The notes: generated by a model from the letters alone, not told the origin. A DNA stretch of 64,000 bases from Octopus vulgaris (GCA_951406725.2 OX597820.1:65410001-65474000); one strand, 5' to 3'. Positions 40,397 to 56,266 are shown, counted from the stretch's first letter. Translations and numbers: made by a program.

Positions 40397-42344
40397 AAGC
40401 AGATGACACTTGCAAAATGGAACTGAACCCGGAATCGCTTGGCTGAAAAGCGAGCTTCTAAACGCACAGTTTTGTGTGCGTCTACGTTAACTTTATTATA
40501 GTTAAATTTATTTCATCTGATTTACGCTTCTCATGCATAAAGTAAATATTGTTTAATTAATGACGAGCTGTCAAAAAGCGCACGGATATAAATTTTGTCA
40601 TCCACAACGGAGGTCAGCTAATTTATCTCTGCTTATATTGCAATTGAGCCTTCTTACTGTTTGTGTAAGAAACTCGGGTATCACTTCTCTAAGAAACGGT
40701 CAACAAACCATAAAACACTCTGCTAAGAGAAATCTTGATTTTTTCTAAACACAATGAAATACACATATACATTTGTGTTCGCGCGCACACTCACAAGTAT
40801 GTGTGCTGGGATATGTATGTATGTACAGGTATAAAAGGTTATATGAATACATCCGTACAAGTGTGTATACATATACATTGATATGTGAGTTGTTGTTGCA
40901 AACGAATATTTCAGCGGTAAAATGCTTCATCTATATCCATTTATCTAGATATATAAGTTCCCATGAGCAATTGCATGCAAGAATTTGTCATCATTTATAT
41001 AAATATAAATAGCCACGCTAGGAACACATCAGAAAACTCAAATAAATATTTTATGGAATCCCAGTCTTCTTAATCCATACTTTTTTTCTAAAAGATATTA
41101 CAATTTCTTAAAATAAAGGTTCTGATACCAAAACTAAATTCGACATTTACCTGACCTATGCTATGTGACAAATCAAACTGGCACTATTTGTAAGCATATT
41201 TTTAGACACACTAAAATAAAACTGTAATTATATAGAAAGAGCCTCACTTAATTATGAAAACCATCATCCAATATAAATTATGAATTCATTAAGAGACAAC
41301 TCTTACCTTCTTATTCCCGCGCGTGACTGAACTCTCAAACAATAACAAAATTCTGTATCAAACCAGAATAACTGGCTCCAATATCCCTGTCTATCAATTC
41401 GCACCCTACAAATATATACCCTACTCCCCCTTTCCTTCCCAATTATCTCTCCTATACAATCACTTCTCTTGTATGGTTACAGCATATTTAATTCTCATAC
41501 GTCTTACCCCACCCTGCGGAAAACCATATAAAACAAAATTAAAGACGAAGAAAGTAAACCACAGCCCAAGTATTGTTAGCGATCCGAAATTTCGAAGTCA
41601 TTATTAATAAATGTTTATGGGTGTGTGTGTGTGTGTGTGTGTGTGTGAGTGTGTCTTTATGTTTATGCGTACGTGTGTGTGTGCGCGCGCGCTGGTCTAT
41701 GTATGTTTGTGATTATGTGCACACATAATATATATATATACATATATATATACTTAGTCTAAAAATTGAGACTAGTACTTATTTTCATGTACTAGCACTT
41801 AATTTAACAGTCACTTTGACGTACCTTTATATAACTAGGATATAAACAAACCAACAGAGGTTGACAAGCAGTGGGAGTGGAGAGACATAAACACAAACCC
41901 GTATCATATACACACATACAATGGCCTTCCGTCTCCGTCTATCGTCTATCAAATTCATTCCAAAGGCATTTATTGACACAAGGTGCCGCGCAGTAGGGCT
42001 GAACCCCAAACCATATGGTTACAACTCAACCTTCTTAATCACACAACAATGCACGCCGGCGTGTAAGAGATCAGAAACTCGGCCGACCGGCTCATACACC
42101 TTTGAAGTAGTCCGGACCCCCTTGGCTTGCGACAGTCACCTAGAACGTGGCTGTTCCGCCGCCGGCTCTATGCGATTTTGAGTGACGACTAACTGATTGA
42201 TTATATGTCCGTCTGAGCGAGCGGGAATATCCGTTTAAAGTTTGTTTTGCTGTAAATGGAAAAAGGTGTGATCGATGATTTGTTTTGCTTTGCTGAGCCC
42301 CAGGCCGATTATTGGGTTCCCATGCCTTCTCAAAGGAAAGTCGA

Positions 42345-42565
42345 TCCGTTGCAGGGCCAGCAAATTTCAGGAGAGAGGGCAAATCTATTACGTCAACTCC
42401 AGTATTTCACTGGAGTCTATTTAACAGACTCGCCTTTTAACGACCTCGAAGGGTGAAAGGCAATGTTAACCCCGGCAACGTTTGCACTCGGAAATTAAAA
42501 AGCCGGAAGAAACGCCACAGAGCATTTTGTCCGACATACAAACGACTCTGCTATGTCACCACCTT
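42345..42565 (-). mobile_element. SINE family B, diverged
   Basis: CGACCTCGAAGGGTGAAAGGCAA reverse central domain. Confidence 0.65.
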
Positions 42566-42744
42566 ATTTTATATGCTTTTTATTATCATCATTAGTTAAT
42601 CTATAATCGAGAAAATCTACTCTTGGTCTTTTATTTAGGCATAGTATAACACGGGCTGTATTATCTAACGTGTCACTTGTTCCAGACAACGAGACGTTGT
42701 TTGAGGCAAATTTGAAAACTATATCTAGCAGATTGAATACTATT

Positions 42745-43655
<911 letters not shown>

Positions 43656-44021
43656 TGCTAAGGTCAAATGTTTGATAAAAATTGTGTATGTTTATTTTGA
43701 TGAGTAATATTTTTGGTCGATGATATTGTTTCACGTTTTTCTATCGTCATTTACAGCTATGTCATATACCCGATTTTATTCACAGTTAGAAGAAAACGAC
43801 ATTGGATGCAATAGTTAAACTCTATTCAATCGTTACTGGTTAATGCATGTGTACACCGTGGATAGTTAGTTTATATGTGTGTTCATATATGCATACATAC
43901 ATACACATAACTACACACACATACCCATATATACGCGCGCATGACATTACTCAAATTTCTCTCTCCCGCCTCTCTCTCTCTCTCTCGATCCTTCTATCTC
44001 TCTCTATCGATTTTTATGTCG

Positions 44022-44058
<37 letters not shown>

Positions 44059-45049
44059 TACAAACATCCATGCATACATTCATACAAACATGCATACATA
44101 CGTATGTACATATATATTCATATATACAGTATGAGCGTGCATGTATGTCTGTGCATGTTTTCGTATGTATGGCTGTTTTATGGGCGCACACGTACCACAC
44201 ACACATATATACATTCATCCCTCCATCCATCCATCCATACATACATACATACATACATATATACATACAGACATACATATACTAAAGCAGATACACATGA
44301 AGTCGACCCATTGCAACTTAAACAAACCAAACAAAAATATATATATACACATAACATATTTGGCGTCAGATCTAATGAAAATATTGTATTTTATAAAATA
44401 GGTGCAGAGCTGACATTTTGCTAATCAGAGGTTCCTTATAGATTATTATATTGCTGAAGACAAGCTAGAAGAGCAGTATTTTGCTGAAAGTAATTGTCTC
44501 TTAAAATTTAGTTATGAGCTCTGCTTGAACAGCGAAATTATCTGTTTGCAGATTTTAATGCACATTTTTTTCTCCTGTAATTTATTTATATGCATCGCCA
44601 AAATACGCTAAGCTAACCAAGGATATTAACTTCTAAAATTCGTAGAGCGAGATACAACAAAATGGCCGCTTGTACGAAGCGCAGATATGTAGCGTTTTAA
44701 TTTTGGGTGGGGGTGTTTTAGATAAATAGAAAGGAATGGCGGAGCGTCACATTGTTTGTTTATTCGTTTGCTTCGTTGGTTGGCTGGCTGGTTGATTGGT
44801 TGGTTGGTCCCTTCCTTGGTTGGTCGGTTCCTTGGCTGGTTTTTATTGCTTTATCTCCCCATGTTATAGCGAAGTGGCTCGTTGATTTTGTTTTTCTTGT
44901 TGTTTTCTTTTTGATTTTTATTGTCATTGTTTTCAATCTTAATGTTTTATTCGCGGGTTCAAACCAGACATAACTATGTAGACCTATTATCAAAGACGTT
45001 TCAAATATGACATTTCCAGTTCTATCTCAGCCACTGCATATATAACACT

Positions 45050-45161
45050 ACGAGGTGATTGCTCTTTCTGGAAACGGTAGAGTGTAATTTAAGGGAGATT
45101 TGTTTACTCCTTCTAACAGCTCGAACTTCCACTTGCAAACTCAATGTCATTGCTGTCATTG

Positions 45162-45233
<72 letters not shown>

Positions 45234-47210
45234 AAAGTGGTGGTGGTGGGTGAGTGGAAGGGATCAGCCCCAGAGCAGTCTTGATCTATTATCAAAAGGC
45301 ATTCCAGCCAGACTGTTTACACACCATCTTGATGCTCCCTTATTGAAGTGATGGCCGTGGTGACTATTATTTAGCCCAAGGTCAGGTATGTTTTATCAAC
45401 ACTCTTCTCTTTTTACCATCCTTGCCTTTTCATAAACTACGTGACTCAGATTACGCTATACAGTGGGAACTTTCTCCAATCCTGCACGTCCTGACTGCTA
45501 TTTCTAGCATTATGTACTATATGAAGAGGCTTTTACGTCGACTCTTTGGAACTAATGGAGTTACATATGTTGTTTTTGTTGTTGTTGTTGTTGTTATTGT
45601 TGCTGCTGGTACTATTGTTGTTGTTTTTGTAGTTGTTATAACTGCATAGATGCATTTAAGCGCTCGGTAAGCAGACCAATGATCTTTGTGACTATCCAGT
45701 CTGTTTCCATTACTGGTTAGGTTATCTGAAAACTGCATATTACAGTGAGCTTCTTTTTGTTAAGCGGTTCGATTATAATTTGAAAGAAATTTGCCTACTA
45801 TTTCTAACATTTCGAGCAAGAACATGGAGCACTTACTTCAAATACTTGTGTTCACGTCCGTTTTTTACAGTTTACTCCGTGTGTCAGCCTTCATCAAAGC
45901 ATTCAAAACGAGAACACTCCATGTATTTTTGAATCTGTGTATCTCGAGTTACATTAGCCAATGTATTGATAGGATATAATTTGAGGGAGATTTTGTTGCC
46001 ACTTCTAGAAATGGGAATAACGGTGAGGAAGGTGCCACGTTGAATTATGAAACTTCCAGTAGTTTTGCCACATCCAACAAGCCCGTGACCCAATACATGC
46101 TCTCGGACGAATGCGTACTTTGTCTAGAACGTGAGTGTGATATATATTTTTCAAAAACATTGTGCATCCAGAATTTCATTATCCGATATCTTTTTTAAGA
46201 CAGTAGATTGGGAATTGAGCGATATTTACTTGCTATTTCAACCAAATGAAGCAACCACGAAGACACTCGTTGGTTCAACTCCCACGGTGAATTTCGAAAT
46301 GGCCGGTGGAACTGAAACGTTAAAGTGCTATGTAAATTCTCCACCAATGTCGTCTCTCAACAAGGATTGTGGCCTGTTCTTATCCTAAATTGTTGCAGCT
46401 AAGGCCTATTGCAGAGACGAAATTTTGTTCCAACACTACACTGTCATGTGTTGCAATGTAAATTGCGTTAACATGCGACTTGTGATTCTCGTTGATTTTA
46501 GATAATGCAAACCATTTAGTTGAAAATTACGAGGACAAAGAGACAATGTAAAAATCCCTAAGCGGTTGCTGCTCTGCTATAAAAAAGAGAAAAGAAACTG
46601 GAATGATAGGTTGGATAATGTAGTCCTTCATAAACTACGTTTGATATATAATTGGGGTGATCACGCTAGAATGCTTTTTATTATCATACTGACACGTAAA
46701 AAAAAAACACAACTGCAGTGACAAGAACATTATGAATCAACGTAAGGTCATTTATCTTGTAGCTTGCCCTCCTAAAAATGATAGCCAAATATAACTCAAA
46801 ATTTATTCTAGAGTCTTAAGAAAAGAAAATGAGCGTAATATTCGTAAAGTTTAGCCATTACAGGCTCTAAATGAGAAGAAACATTCCGATTGTCAACTCT
46901 AGAATGTTTCTTGATTATAAATATGTTCAGTCGGGATTGGCCCGGGGTTAAACAACAATAGCGTATATTAACTATTTACGAATCAATGGCGAAGCATTTA
47001 ACTGATCGTTCAACCAAACCAGCCAGAAATAGTAGCCAATCTCCCCCAGATTAAATGATATACTATCTGGGATAGGAAAAAGGAAGGAGTCTTTGGCAAC
47101 ATACTCATAGGTATTAACAAAATATCAACAAAGAAAGATAGTAGTGGCACGTTAGGAATGCTTTTAGCCATACTTCTGCTCGATAAAGGCTAACTCAGAG
47201 TTAAACAATG
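45050..47210. mobile_element. Cluster of an old dispersed repeat (CTAGAAATAGCAGCCAAATCTCCC ... GGAATGC ... GGGGTTAAACAACAA)
   Basis: Recognisable diverged copies: minus at 45050-46270, plus at 46560-46690, 46745-46960 and 47000-47210; also near 1845-2035, 23195-23390, 38490 and 57130. Confidence 0.55.
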
Positions 47211-48560
47211 ATAATATCTGTATTGACAATGTTCAAACTTTATTTAAAGAGTTGAGAAAACAACGACAACACGCTGGAAATATCATTAATGTTTATATGT
47301 CTACGTGATATGTCCGTATTAAAAACATAAGAAAATCGATAAGTGGATTTTTTGGTATTTCTTTTTGTCTTGCTAAAAGTATTATCCGTGGATTTCTCTT
47401 AGGGTTTAATATTCATTTCTGTTTTACTTTTTTGCAACATATTTTCAAAGATGCCTTGCAGTATAATACTATGATACAATTATTTCTACACAAAGGTAAA
47501 AAATAAAATTTAAAAAATTTAAACTAATATAACACAAATAGAATCAGAAAATTCCTTTTTTTTTTTTCGTAATCAATTTTCCTCCTTTGAAAAGAATTAC
47601 TGAAATTTTGACAGCAAATAAATACATTATTATTTTTTTCTTATTTTGACAACTTCACAACACCACAACCAACATACAAATTTGCACATTTACATAATGA
47701 TTCGCCTATCACACTATTTCATTCAGAGTATACAGTAAACGCAATGTTCCTGCTATTGAGGTGAAAATATGAACGAAATATGTTCGAAGTTGTCTCCTAT
47801 ATGTGTAGAAACAATTAAAACAATGTTAGGAAATATTAATAATTGACCCATTTTTCATTTTCCTCTTTTTTACACCGCAGCATAATTTTTCCTGATTAAG
47901 ATTTTCATTCTCCTGGTTAAGTTTTAACATATATATATATATATTCCATGTTGGCCAGGGAACTTTTCCAAAGTTACAGAAGACCGTGATAGGTGGCATG
48001 ATTGAGGTGAAAAACCCGAGATTCGACCAGATGATAACGCGGTCCGGAGAGAAATGGAATTATTATATCTCGAATATTTTTGCAGAGATGTTTACCTGAT
48101 AAGGACTGACTTGGGGTTAAACAACAACGTTACCATTGACAATGTGCAAAATATATTTAAAGAGCTTAAAATACATACACGATATCTAGGAAATATCGTT
48201 AATGTTACTATGTTTACGTGATATGTATTAAATACATATATAAATCTTCCATATTTCTTATGTATATTATCCATGGATTTCTCCTTCCTTCATTTCTTTT
48301 TTTTTATGTGTGTCATTTTGGTGGTTTTTCAAAGTTTTTCTTTTTCTGTGTTTTATTTTCTCAGCAACGTGTTTTCAGAAGAGGTCTTGCAATGTGACAC
48401 TTTAATACAATTATTTCTTTGAAAAAAATTATTTTTATCTCTCAAATAAAATTACAGAAGTTTTGACAGTAAATAAATTCTCCATGTTTCCTTTGTTTTG
48501 TTTTATTACATGTATTATTTATTTTTTACTCTGACATTTTTGGACAATTTTACAACACTA
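47195..48560. repeat. Diverged local duplication (47195-47665 vs 48110-48560)
   Basis: Colinear blocks ATTGACAATGT, TATTTAAAGAG, GGAAATATC.TTAATGTT, TACGTGATATGT, TATTATCC.TGGATTTCTC, ATACAATTATTTCT, TTTTGACAG.AAATAAAT. Confidence 0.8.
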
Positions 48561-48879
48561 TTAAGAACAGTTTGGTTTGAACCTATCGATTCCAATCTAG
48601 AGGACGTCTTACTGCTTACTGTATATAGCAAAGAACGATCCCATGATTTGATTAAATCACAGGTTGGAGTGATGGCGACGGTAGCGGAGGAGAAGTATTG
48701 AGCTAACAGGGCAAAGTTACTTATATAATAAATGAATATATGGAATGTTGCAGATTTTATGTCCTCGGATTTAAACATGAGGGGGAATAAGTGCATATAT
48801 ATATAGTGCAACAATTCTTTGCTTACCACATAGTCTCTCTTCCTATCGTGTTCTTTCTGTCACACACACAGTCTCTCTT

Positions 48880-48941
<62 letters not shown>

Positions 48942-49152
48942 GGTCTTTTTTTTTTTGTATTTCACATGGTGTTTTCTTTATTTCCTAACTTACATCTTTG
49001 TTTATGCATTTATTTACTTGTTTCTCATTTCTTTTCCTATTTATTTGCAATACTTAACCCAAGTAAGTCTATGATACACAATCCCGCACGTACAAACAAA
49101 ACAAAATGCCATTCTAATGGAAATTTCTGCGGCAACTACCAAACCCAATAAC

Positions 49153-49207
<55 letters not shown>

Positions 49208-49255
49208 TGTATATATATATAGATATATATATAAAATTATCTACATGCAGATGCA

Positions 49256-49297
<42 letters not shown>

Positions 49298-49320
49298 GAC
49301 ACATATAAATGTATATATAA

Positions 49321-49371
<51 letters not shown>

Positions 49372-49710
49372 AGAATATTTTCGCACATACACGCTTACAC
49401 ACAGAATCACAATGTATATAAACATATGAATGATTCCATCAACGTAGGAAAAAATAAATCTAAATAATATAATATATTGACTTTATTTTCGTTTTTGTTT
49501 TGTTTTGTTTTCTTTTATTATATTATGTGATTTGCTGTTTGTTTCATTGTTATTGTTTTGTTGGCAAACATAAATTGGTGAAAGAAAGAAAGAAACAATT
49601 TTATTTCCATTTCCTTCTTACCAAAAGGAATATGTCCAGTGCATTTGCATTTTTGCCATTTTCAGTTTCATCCACTTGTCGTTTACGGGGGCAGTGTTCA
49701 TTGCTATTGC

Positions 49711-49752
<42 letters not shown>

Positions 49753-50149
49753 GGTTGTTGTAGTTTTTTTCTCTCGTTGTTGTCGTTGTTGTTGTTGTTG
49801 TTGTTGTATTTCCTGCTCTGATTTCTTTTGAACAGCCTTCACTGGATCCCACAAGGAATACTTCAGAACGGATCTTAGAATGTTATTACGCGAGTAAAGG
49901 AAATCCTGTATAACATACGTGCGAAAAATCGTAAACCTCGTGTAGAAATCGAGAATTCGGAGAAAATCAATACGGTGTTATTAAACTTAAGTTGCCGGCT
50001 TTCAGCCATATATTTAGCTTTCAGTCTTATATTTCATACTCTGTCATCACCAGTGCTGACGTGATATGCCCATAGATAATACACATAACTTGCAAAATGT
50101 TCCAACTCAATTAACTTTTTCTTTAATTGCTCAGCCTGGGGGAAAGATG

Positions 50150-50425
50150 TAATGATCATGGCTTACGCAGACCAACGGAAACAGATGGGAACGAGGCGGC
50201 TAACATTGCATTAAACTGTTGCATGTCGATACCTGAAGGAAAGCTATGGACAGGGATTTGTGTCCAAAACGTCAGTGTTCTGGGAAGGAGAGACTAGGCA
50301 TGAAATGCGCAGCATGATGGAATGCTAATCTGACTCACTGGAGGATAATGAGAGGAGAGATGAACAAGTCCGTAATGATATGAGCCTAGCCAGCTCCAAA
50401 GAGCATAGTAACGATAGAAAAGTAA
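50150..50425 (-). pseudogene. Jockey/CR1-group LINE ORF2 C-terminal remnant
   Basis: Minus translation FYRYY..SLELARLI ... SLLPRTLTFWTQIPVHSFPSGIDMQQF (FFPRT..LWNSLP..FP-like). Confidence 0.6.
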
Positions 50426-50504
50426 GCGAAATTTGGATCTTTTGCTTCTTCTATTCTATCGCTACTATAGCATTAAAGAAATAAATGAATCGAGAACAAT
50501 GTCT

Positions 50505-50960
50505 TGTCTTTTACTTCTTTCAGTCAATGGATTACGGCCATGCTGGGGGCACTGCTGTAACGGGGTGAGTAGAACAAATGGTACCGAGCATTTACTTTTC
50601 AGTCTGCTACCTTACGGAGGATATAAACAAACCGACACCGGTTGTCAAGCGGTGAAATAAACAAACTCAAATCAAAGACATACACTCATACACATTCACA
50701 CAAACACACAGACACACATACAAACATACTTACACACATGCATGAATCCATACATACACACACACACAAACACACATATGTATGTATGTATGTATGTATG
50801 TGTATATACGACGGGCTTCCATACAGTTGCCGTTGACGAAATTCATTCACAAGGTATTGGTAAGCCCTATAGCATAAGGCTCTTGCAGAAGGTGTTATGG
50901 CGTGGGATTGAACTTCGAACCATGTGATTTCAAGTTGAGCTTCTTAACCACACAATCATC
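50505..50960 (-). mobile_element. SINE family A, diverged
   Basis: Reverse-strand 3' half, microsatellite and 5' half. Confidence 0.7.
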
Positions 50961-51159
50961 CTTTCACTTAACTAATAATATGAATATATAAATTCACCAT
51001 AACAAAGAAAAGTTAACCCCTAAATGGAGGGAACCATACAGCATGATTCTAGACAGCTCAAACATGTACGTACAGTAGATTATTTCGAACACTCAATGCG
51101 AGTCTCTTCTTCCACGTCTCGTTGCTTACCTACAGCTGCATAGTAAAAATGTTTTCGAA

Positions 51160-51370
51160 TTTTTCCAGAAGGGCAGCCAAATTGGGGGAGGGGTTGTGTT
51201 GATTATATCTACCCCAGTGTTCAACTGGTACTTATTTCATCGACTACGAAATAATAAAAGGCAAAGTTGACCTCGGCGGAATTTGAACGCAGAACATAGA
51301 ACATAGCGGCAGACGAAATACTGCTAAGCATTTCGCCCAGCATGCAAGCGATTCTGCCAGCTCACCCACT
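51160..51370 (-). mobile_element. SINE family B
   Basis: AAAGGCAAAGTTGACCTCGGCGGAATTTGAAC. Confidence 0.85.
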
Positions 51371-51499
51371 TTTACTTACCCTTCATAAGATATTCGGGAA
51401 GTTAGTGCGCCACTCTACCCCAACTTTTCCTCCTTCGAGTGGAACTTGAAGAAGTTGATAAGAGCTTGATGTATAGGGAGAAGCTCTATATCCAAACAC

Positions 51500-52160
51500 T
51501 TCGACTACATCGGCCTTTATTGCCTCGGGATCAACACGGTCAAGACGAAAGTTCTAACAACACTATGATTGCTGGCCATTATGCTCCTTGGTGGCATTCA
51601 GATTGAATGTTCGGGTGTTCAAATATCTCGGCTCACTGGTTGCGGAAAAGAAAGTAGCAACAATAGCAGAGATCAGTTGCTGAATCGGGTCTGTGAATTC
51701 TGTGTTGGCATCCTTCAATAGTATGTTTGGAAGAAACCCAAGAAGGACCAAGATCCGTCTTTATCGCACGCTGGTTACGCCTGTCCTCCTCTAAAATGCT
51801 GACATTGGGATCATCCTCAGACGAGACCTGAATAGTTCCGAGGTGTTCCATATGCGGTGCCTTCGTCAGATCCTTGGTGTCTCTCTGCTCGAACAAATCT
51901 CAAACGTCCGAGAACAATGCCAGGAACAGCCTACCAATGAAGACCAAGTCTTTCAGCGCAGGCTACAGTGGTTTGGCCACATCTCCAAGATGAGCACTGG
52001 AAGGCTACCACACCAAGTTTTTTGACGGCAGTCACACACGCACTGAAGAATCCAAGATAGCACACCAAAGAAAACATGGACGAAACAAACTGAGGAAGAC
52101 TTGAAGTCACAACGTCTTGAATTCAAGCATGCTACGGCCAACGCAGTGGATAGGAAAGCG
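51500..52160 (+). pseudogene. RTE-clade LINE RT C-terminal remnant
   Basis: FKYLGS, TKIRLYRTLVTPVLL, FHMRCLRQILGV, RRLQWFGHISKM..RLPHQV. Confidence 0.85.
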
Positions 52161-52382
52161 GGGAATAACATCATTGTCAGAGACACCCACAACAAGGTAT
52201 TGGTTGACAAGACAGCCTCCCACTCCGGTCGCCAGTTTGAGATTTTAGTTCCTTACATACAAATGTATTAACCAGGCATTTTCTTTCGGCATTGTCACTA
52301 GACATAATATTACTAGCACTGCCGTCTAAAAACATAGGTACAGTGGACAGTTGCCCGAGTGCTCTCACATTTACGGGCCCAG

Positions 52383-52530
52383 TTCTGATCTATATATGTT
52401 GTAGCATGCTCTCAATAAATACATATTATAGCGTCCACTAAACTGTTTTTCACAGGGACCTAAAATACTCTAGGGGTCAAATTCTGATCTATATATGTTG
52501 TAGCATGCTCTCAATAAATATATACTACAG
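52383..52530. repeat. ~45-bp direct repeat, ~100-bp period
   Basis: TTCTGATCTATATATGTTGTAGCATGCTCTCAATAAATA at 52383 and 52482. Confidence 0.9.
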
Positions 52531-53040
52531 GGCCCAGGCACTGATTTAGCACGGGGGCTTATAATACTCCCAAGTACTCCCTTAGTAATAGAGCATCTCT
52601 AACAATACGAAATTGTAAAATCTACATTCGTGATTGCCCGTGTTAATAGCTGGCTTCACTCTGCACATGATAACAGCTATTCAACATTAACCTGCAAACC
52701 AGCAATGCACTCTCACTGAATGGATTTCGGATAGTTCAGGACATATACTGTTAAATAACAAAGTCATTCTGCTTTGTATTACCCAATTCATACCGAAGGA
52801 AACGACCGGCTTGAATCGTTGGTTTTCTCCCCCCCCACCAACTTTTGTATGTTGTTTCTAGCCTTGGAGGCTCATGCATGGCTGTGTGGTTAAGAAGTCT
52901 GCATTGTATTTATGTGTTTCCGTATACAGTCCCACGGTTCGGTACCTTGGGCAAGTGTCTTTTATTGTAGCACACCAGCATATTTTGACTGAATTTGGCA
53001 GACGGAAACTGTGGAGGCTTGCTGTGCATACACACACACA

Positions 53041-53077
<37 letters not shown>

Positions 53078-53142
53078 AGATAGGTGGTTCGCAGGCAAAC
53101 CATCGATGTTACGAGTGTTGATACCATCGATTTAAATTCATA

Positions 53143-53249
53143 CGAGGGGTGTATGAAAAATTTTGATCCTTGAAGAGTTGTACCTTCATCAGAAGTCTTG
53201 TACCATGTTTTGTGTTTTTTGAGGCACAAGACTTTTCATACACCACTCG
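53143..53249. mobile_element. Mariner-type MITE (107 bp) with TA target duplication
   Basis: TA-CGAGGGGTGTATGAAAA ... TTTTCATACACCACTCG-TA; same family as 40308-40396. Confidence 0.85.
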
Positions 53250-53664
53250 TACATATACGACGGGCTTCCGCAATTACATCTATTCAGGAGATGTCGATCG
53301 TCCCCAGGCTACAATAGAAGACACTTGTCTAAGATACCATGATATGGGACTGAAGCAAAAACAATATGGCTGTAAAACAAGTTCCTTAACCACACAGCCA
53401 TGCCGGCCCTTATATCTATTACCCATGCTAATTTTCCTTTCTTCTTTTTTTTTTTAACTGACATACTCTATACCGAGCTGCGATCTTAACATTACCTACA
53501 TTTATGGAACGTTAGTGCATGATGTGGCGAAAATTTAGCTTCTGCTTCTGGTAGGTCGATCGACAGCAAACAGGATCCTTTGCTGGCTTTGACGTTACAT
53601 CATAATTGTACGAAAGAGAAATCGACTAAAGTCAGTAGGTACAAATACATATGTACATACGTAC

Positions 53665-53699
<35 letters not shown>

Positions 53700-53941
53700 G
53701 TTGCTGCTGCTGCTGCTACTGCTGCTGGTGTTGCTGCCAGTGCAATGTTTAATATTCAGCAGTTAGAGCGACATCCAAACGCCCAAAGAATAATTGTTAA
53801 AAATAAAGCCAAATAAATATGCTACCACGTGTAGACTGACGGAAATTTGAAACTCCTATATGCACCCACACACATATGTAGATACATATGTAAATGAATA
53901 TATGTGTGTGTATGTGTGTGTATGTATGTGTGTGTGTATGA

Positions 53942-54041
<100 letters not shown>

Positions 54042-54281
54042 GCACACACACACATATATAAATATATATATATAAACATATACGTAATAACTTTTAAAAT
54101 TGGACCCACGTGTATACTTAATTTTACCAGGTATTTGCTTATTCTAATCTTTCTGCTATTTATTTTACTCTCGTTGTGCATTTTATCTTAATTTACTTCT
54201 CGTATGTTTGTTTTTCTAATGTTATTTCATCTACATGTTGATAACATAGTATCTTCCTTCAGTGGTAATTATGTGTTAATA

Positions 54282-54474
<193 letters not shown>

Positions 54475-54839
54475 CTTAGTCTCACTTAAACTATAGGCGT
54501 ACATTCATGTACTTGGAAGCGAGTGTTCGTGTTTCAGTGTGTGTGTTAATGAGTGCGTCTGCGCGAGTTAGTTAGTGTGTGTGTGTGTGTGTGTGTGTGT
54601 GGTTATGTATGAGTGTATATTTGAAAACATGGACGTATTTGTGCGTGCTTGTATGCGTCTATGTGTTTGTGCGTATGTGTGACGGTGCAAGCGATGTCGT
54701 TTGCGTTCAGCTTCAATAATATTTTTAGGTTCAACTATATGAATGTTCCAGAAAGAGAGGGAGAGGAAGAGAGAGAGAAAGAGAGAGAGAGAGAGACTAA
54801 GAAGTGATATAAATAACATCAATAATGATAAGTATGTTG

Positions 54840-55210
54840 TTTTCCGCTCTAGACACAAGGCCCGGAATTTTGGGGGAGGCGGCCAGTCGATTAGATTGAC
54901 CTCAGTACGAAACTGATACTTAATTTATCGACCCTAAAAGAACGAAAGCATTTTGCCCGGCATGTTAACGATTCTGCCAGCTCACCGCCTTGTACTTTTT
55001 AAAAAAAATAACAACCCTTTCCATTAAATGCACAAGACCTGAAATTTAGGGGGAGTAGTCGAGCCGATTACATCAACCCCAGTGTCTCATTAGTACTTAA
55101 TTTATCGACATCGAAAGGACGAAATGCAAAGTCGACCTCGGCGGAATTTGAACTGTGAACGTAAAGACGGACGAAATACCGCTAAGCATTTTGCTAAGCA
55201 TTTTGCGCCA
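54840..55210 (-). mobile_element. Two adjacent SINE family B copies
   Basis: Reverse-strand matches at 54840-54990 and 55020-55210. Confidence 0.8.
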
Positions 55211-56159
55211 CATATATTTGCCTACCTTGTATTTGTTTACTAATAATAAAAGCAGAAAAATAGAACCAGTGCGTGTGCTTATTATTGATATTATTACCTT
55301 TCCGGGATACAACAAAATATGCAAATATATATAGATCTGAAAGTAGAGACAACTGGAACAAGAGCGTTGAAAGCAGACATCGTCCGTATAATAGATACCC
55401 TGGAAATGGTTTAAAATATAGTCTCGTTGATTTTTATATCTTCTGTTGTCGTGAAATTTAGTGTTATCGCCAGGTCGTTGCTATGCAATGAGTAAACTAG
55501 GTGATTGACAAGAGTGATAAAATCTAGGCACCAGAAAATTCTGCAGATCTTTGACTGACTGGATCTCTTAATCCAGATATAAACACGAAATGTTTGTAAT
55601 GAAAAACATTGGATGACATGGCGAATACAGAGAATAGGGACAGCTGGAGTAGAGGAGACAAGAAATTCATGAGATGTTATGATTGGTCACATGATTTGAT
55701 GCGAATCATTTCAAATTTTGCCATATAACAGATTTATTCGCCGAGACACTCAATCATAAAACAATAACTGTCTTGTTCATAAATAAATTAAAAACATTCG
55801 GTTAAATTTTTCAGTTGATGTGAAGTGGGTAATGGCTGGAGACAGTCGTAGAAAAATCAGAAGGTGCACGTCGTAGAACTGGGGGAAGGTAGACTACAGA
55901 AGGGGTTACGCTTTGTAGACTTGTAGAAAGGGGGCGCACGTTGTAGGGGAGATGGTTGTAGCGGCTGAATACATTGGCGCCGGGCATGGTTATACTAAGT
56001 ACAAAAACAGTCCACTATGCCGCATTTATTACAATCGAATATACCCATAACAATGGAAGTATTTTCTCCCTCTTAGATATAGAAACATATTTTAAATGTA
56101 AGGTCCCTATGAAAGATCAAGCATTCTCCTAATGAAATTCTAATGTCTTAAGAGTCGGT

Positions 56160-56181
56160 GGGTAGATAGACAGACAGGCAT

Positions 56182-56266
<85 letters not shown>

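Noticed and set aside
42060-42340. Locally GC-rich segment with short ORFs
   Set aside because: No motif, repeat match or splice structure could be supported by eye
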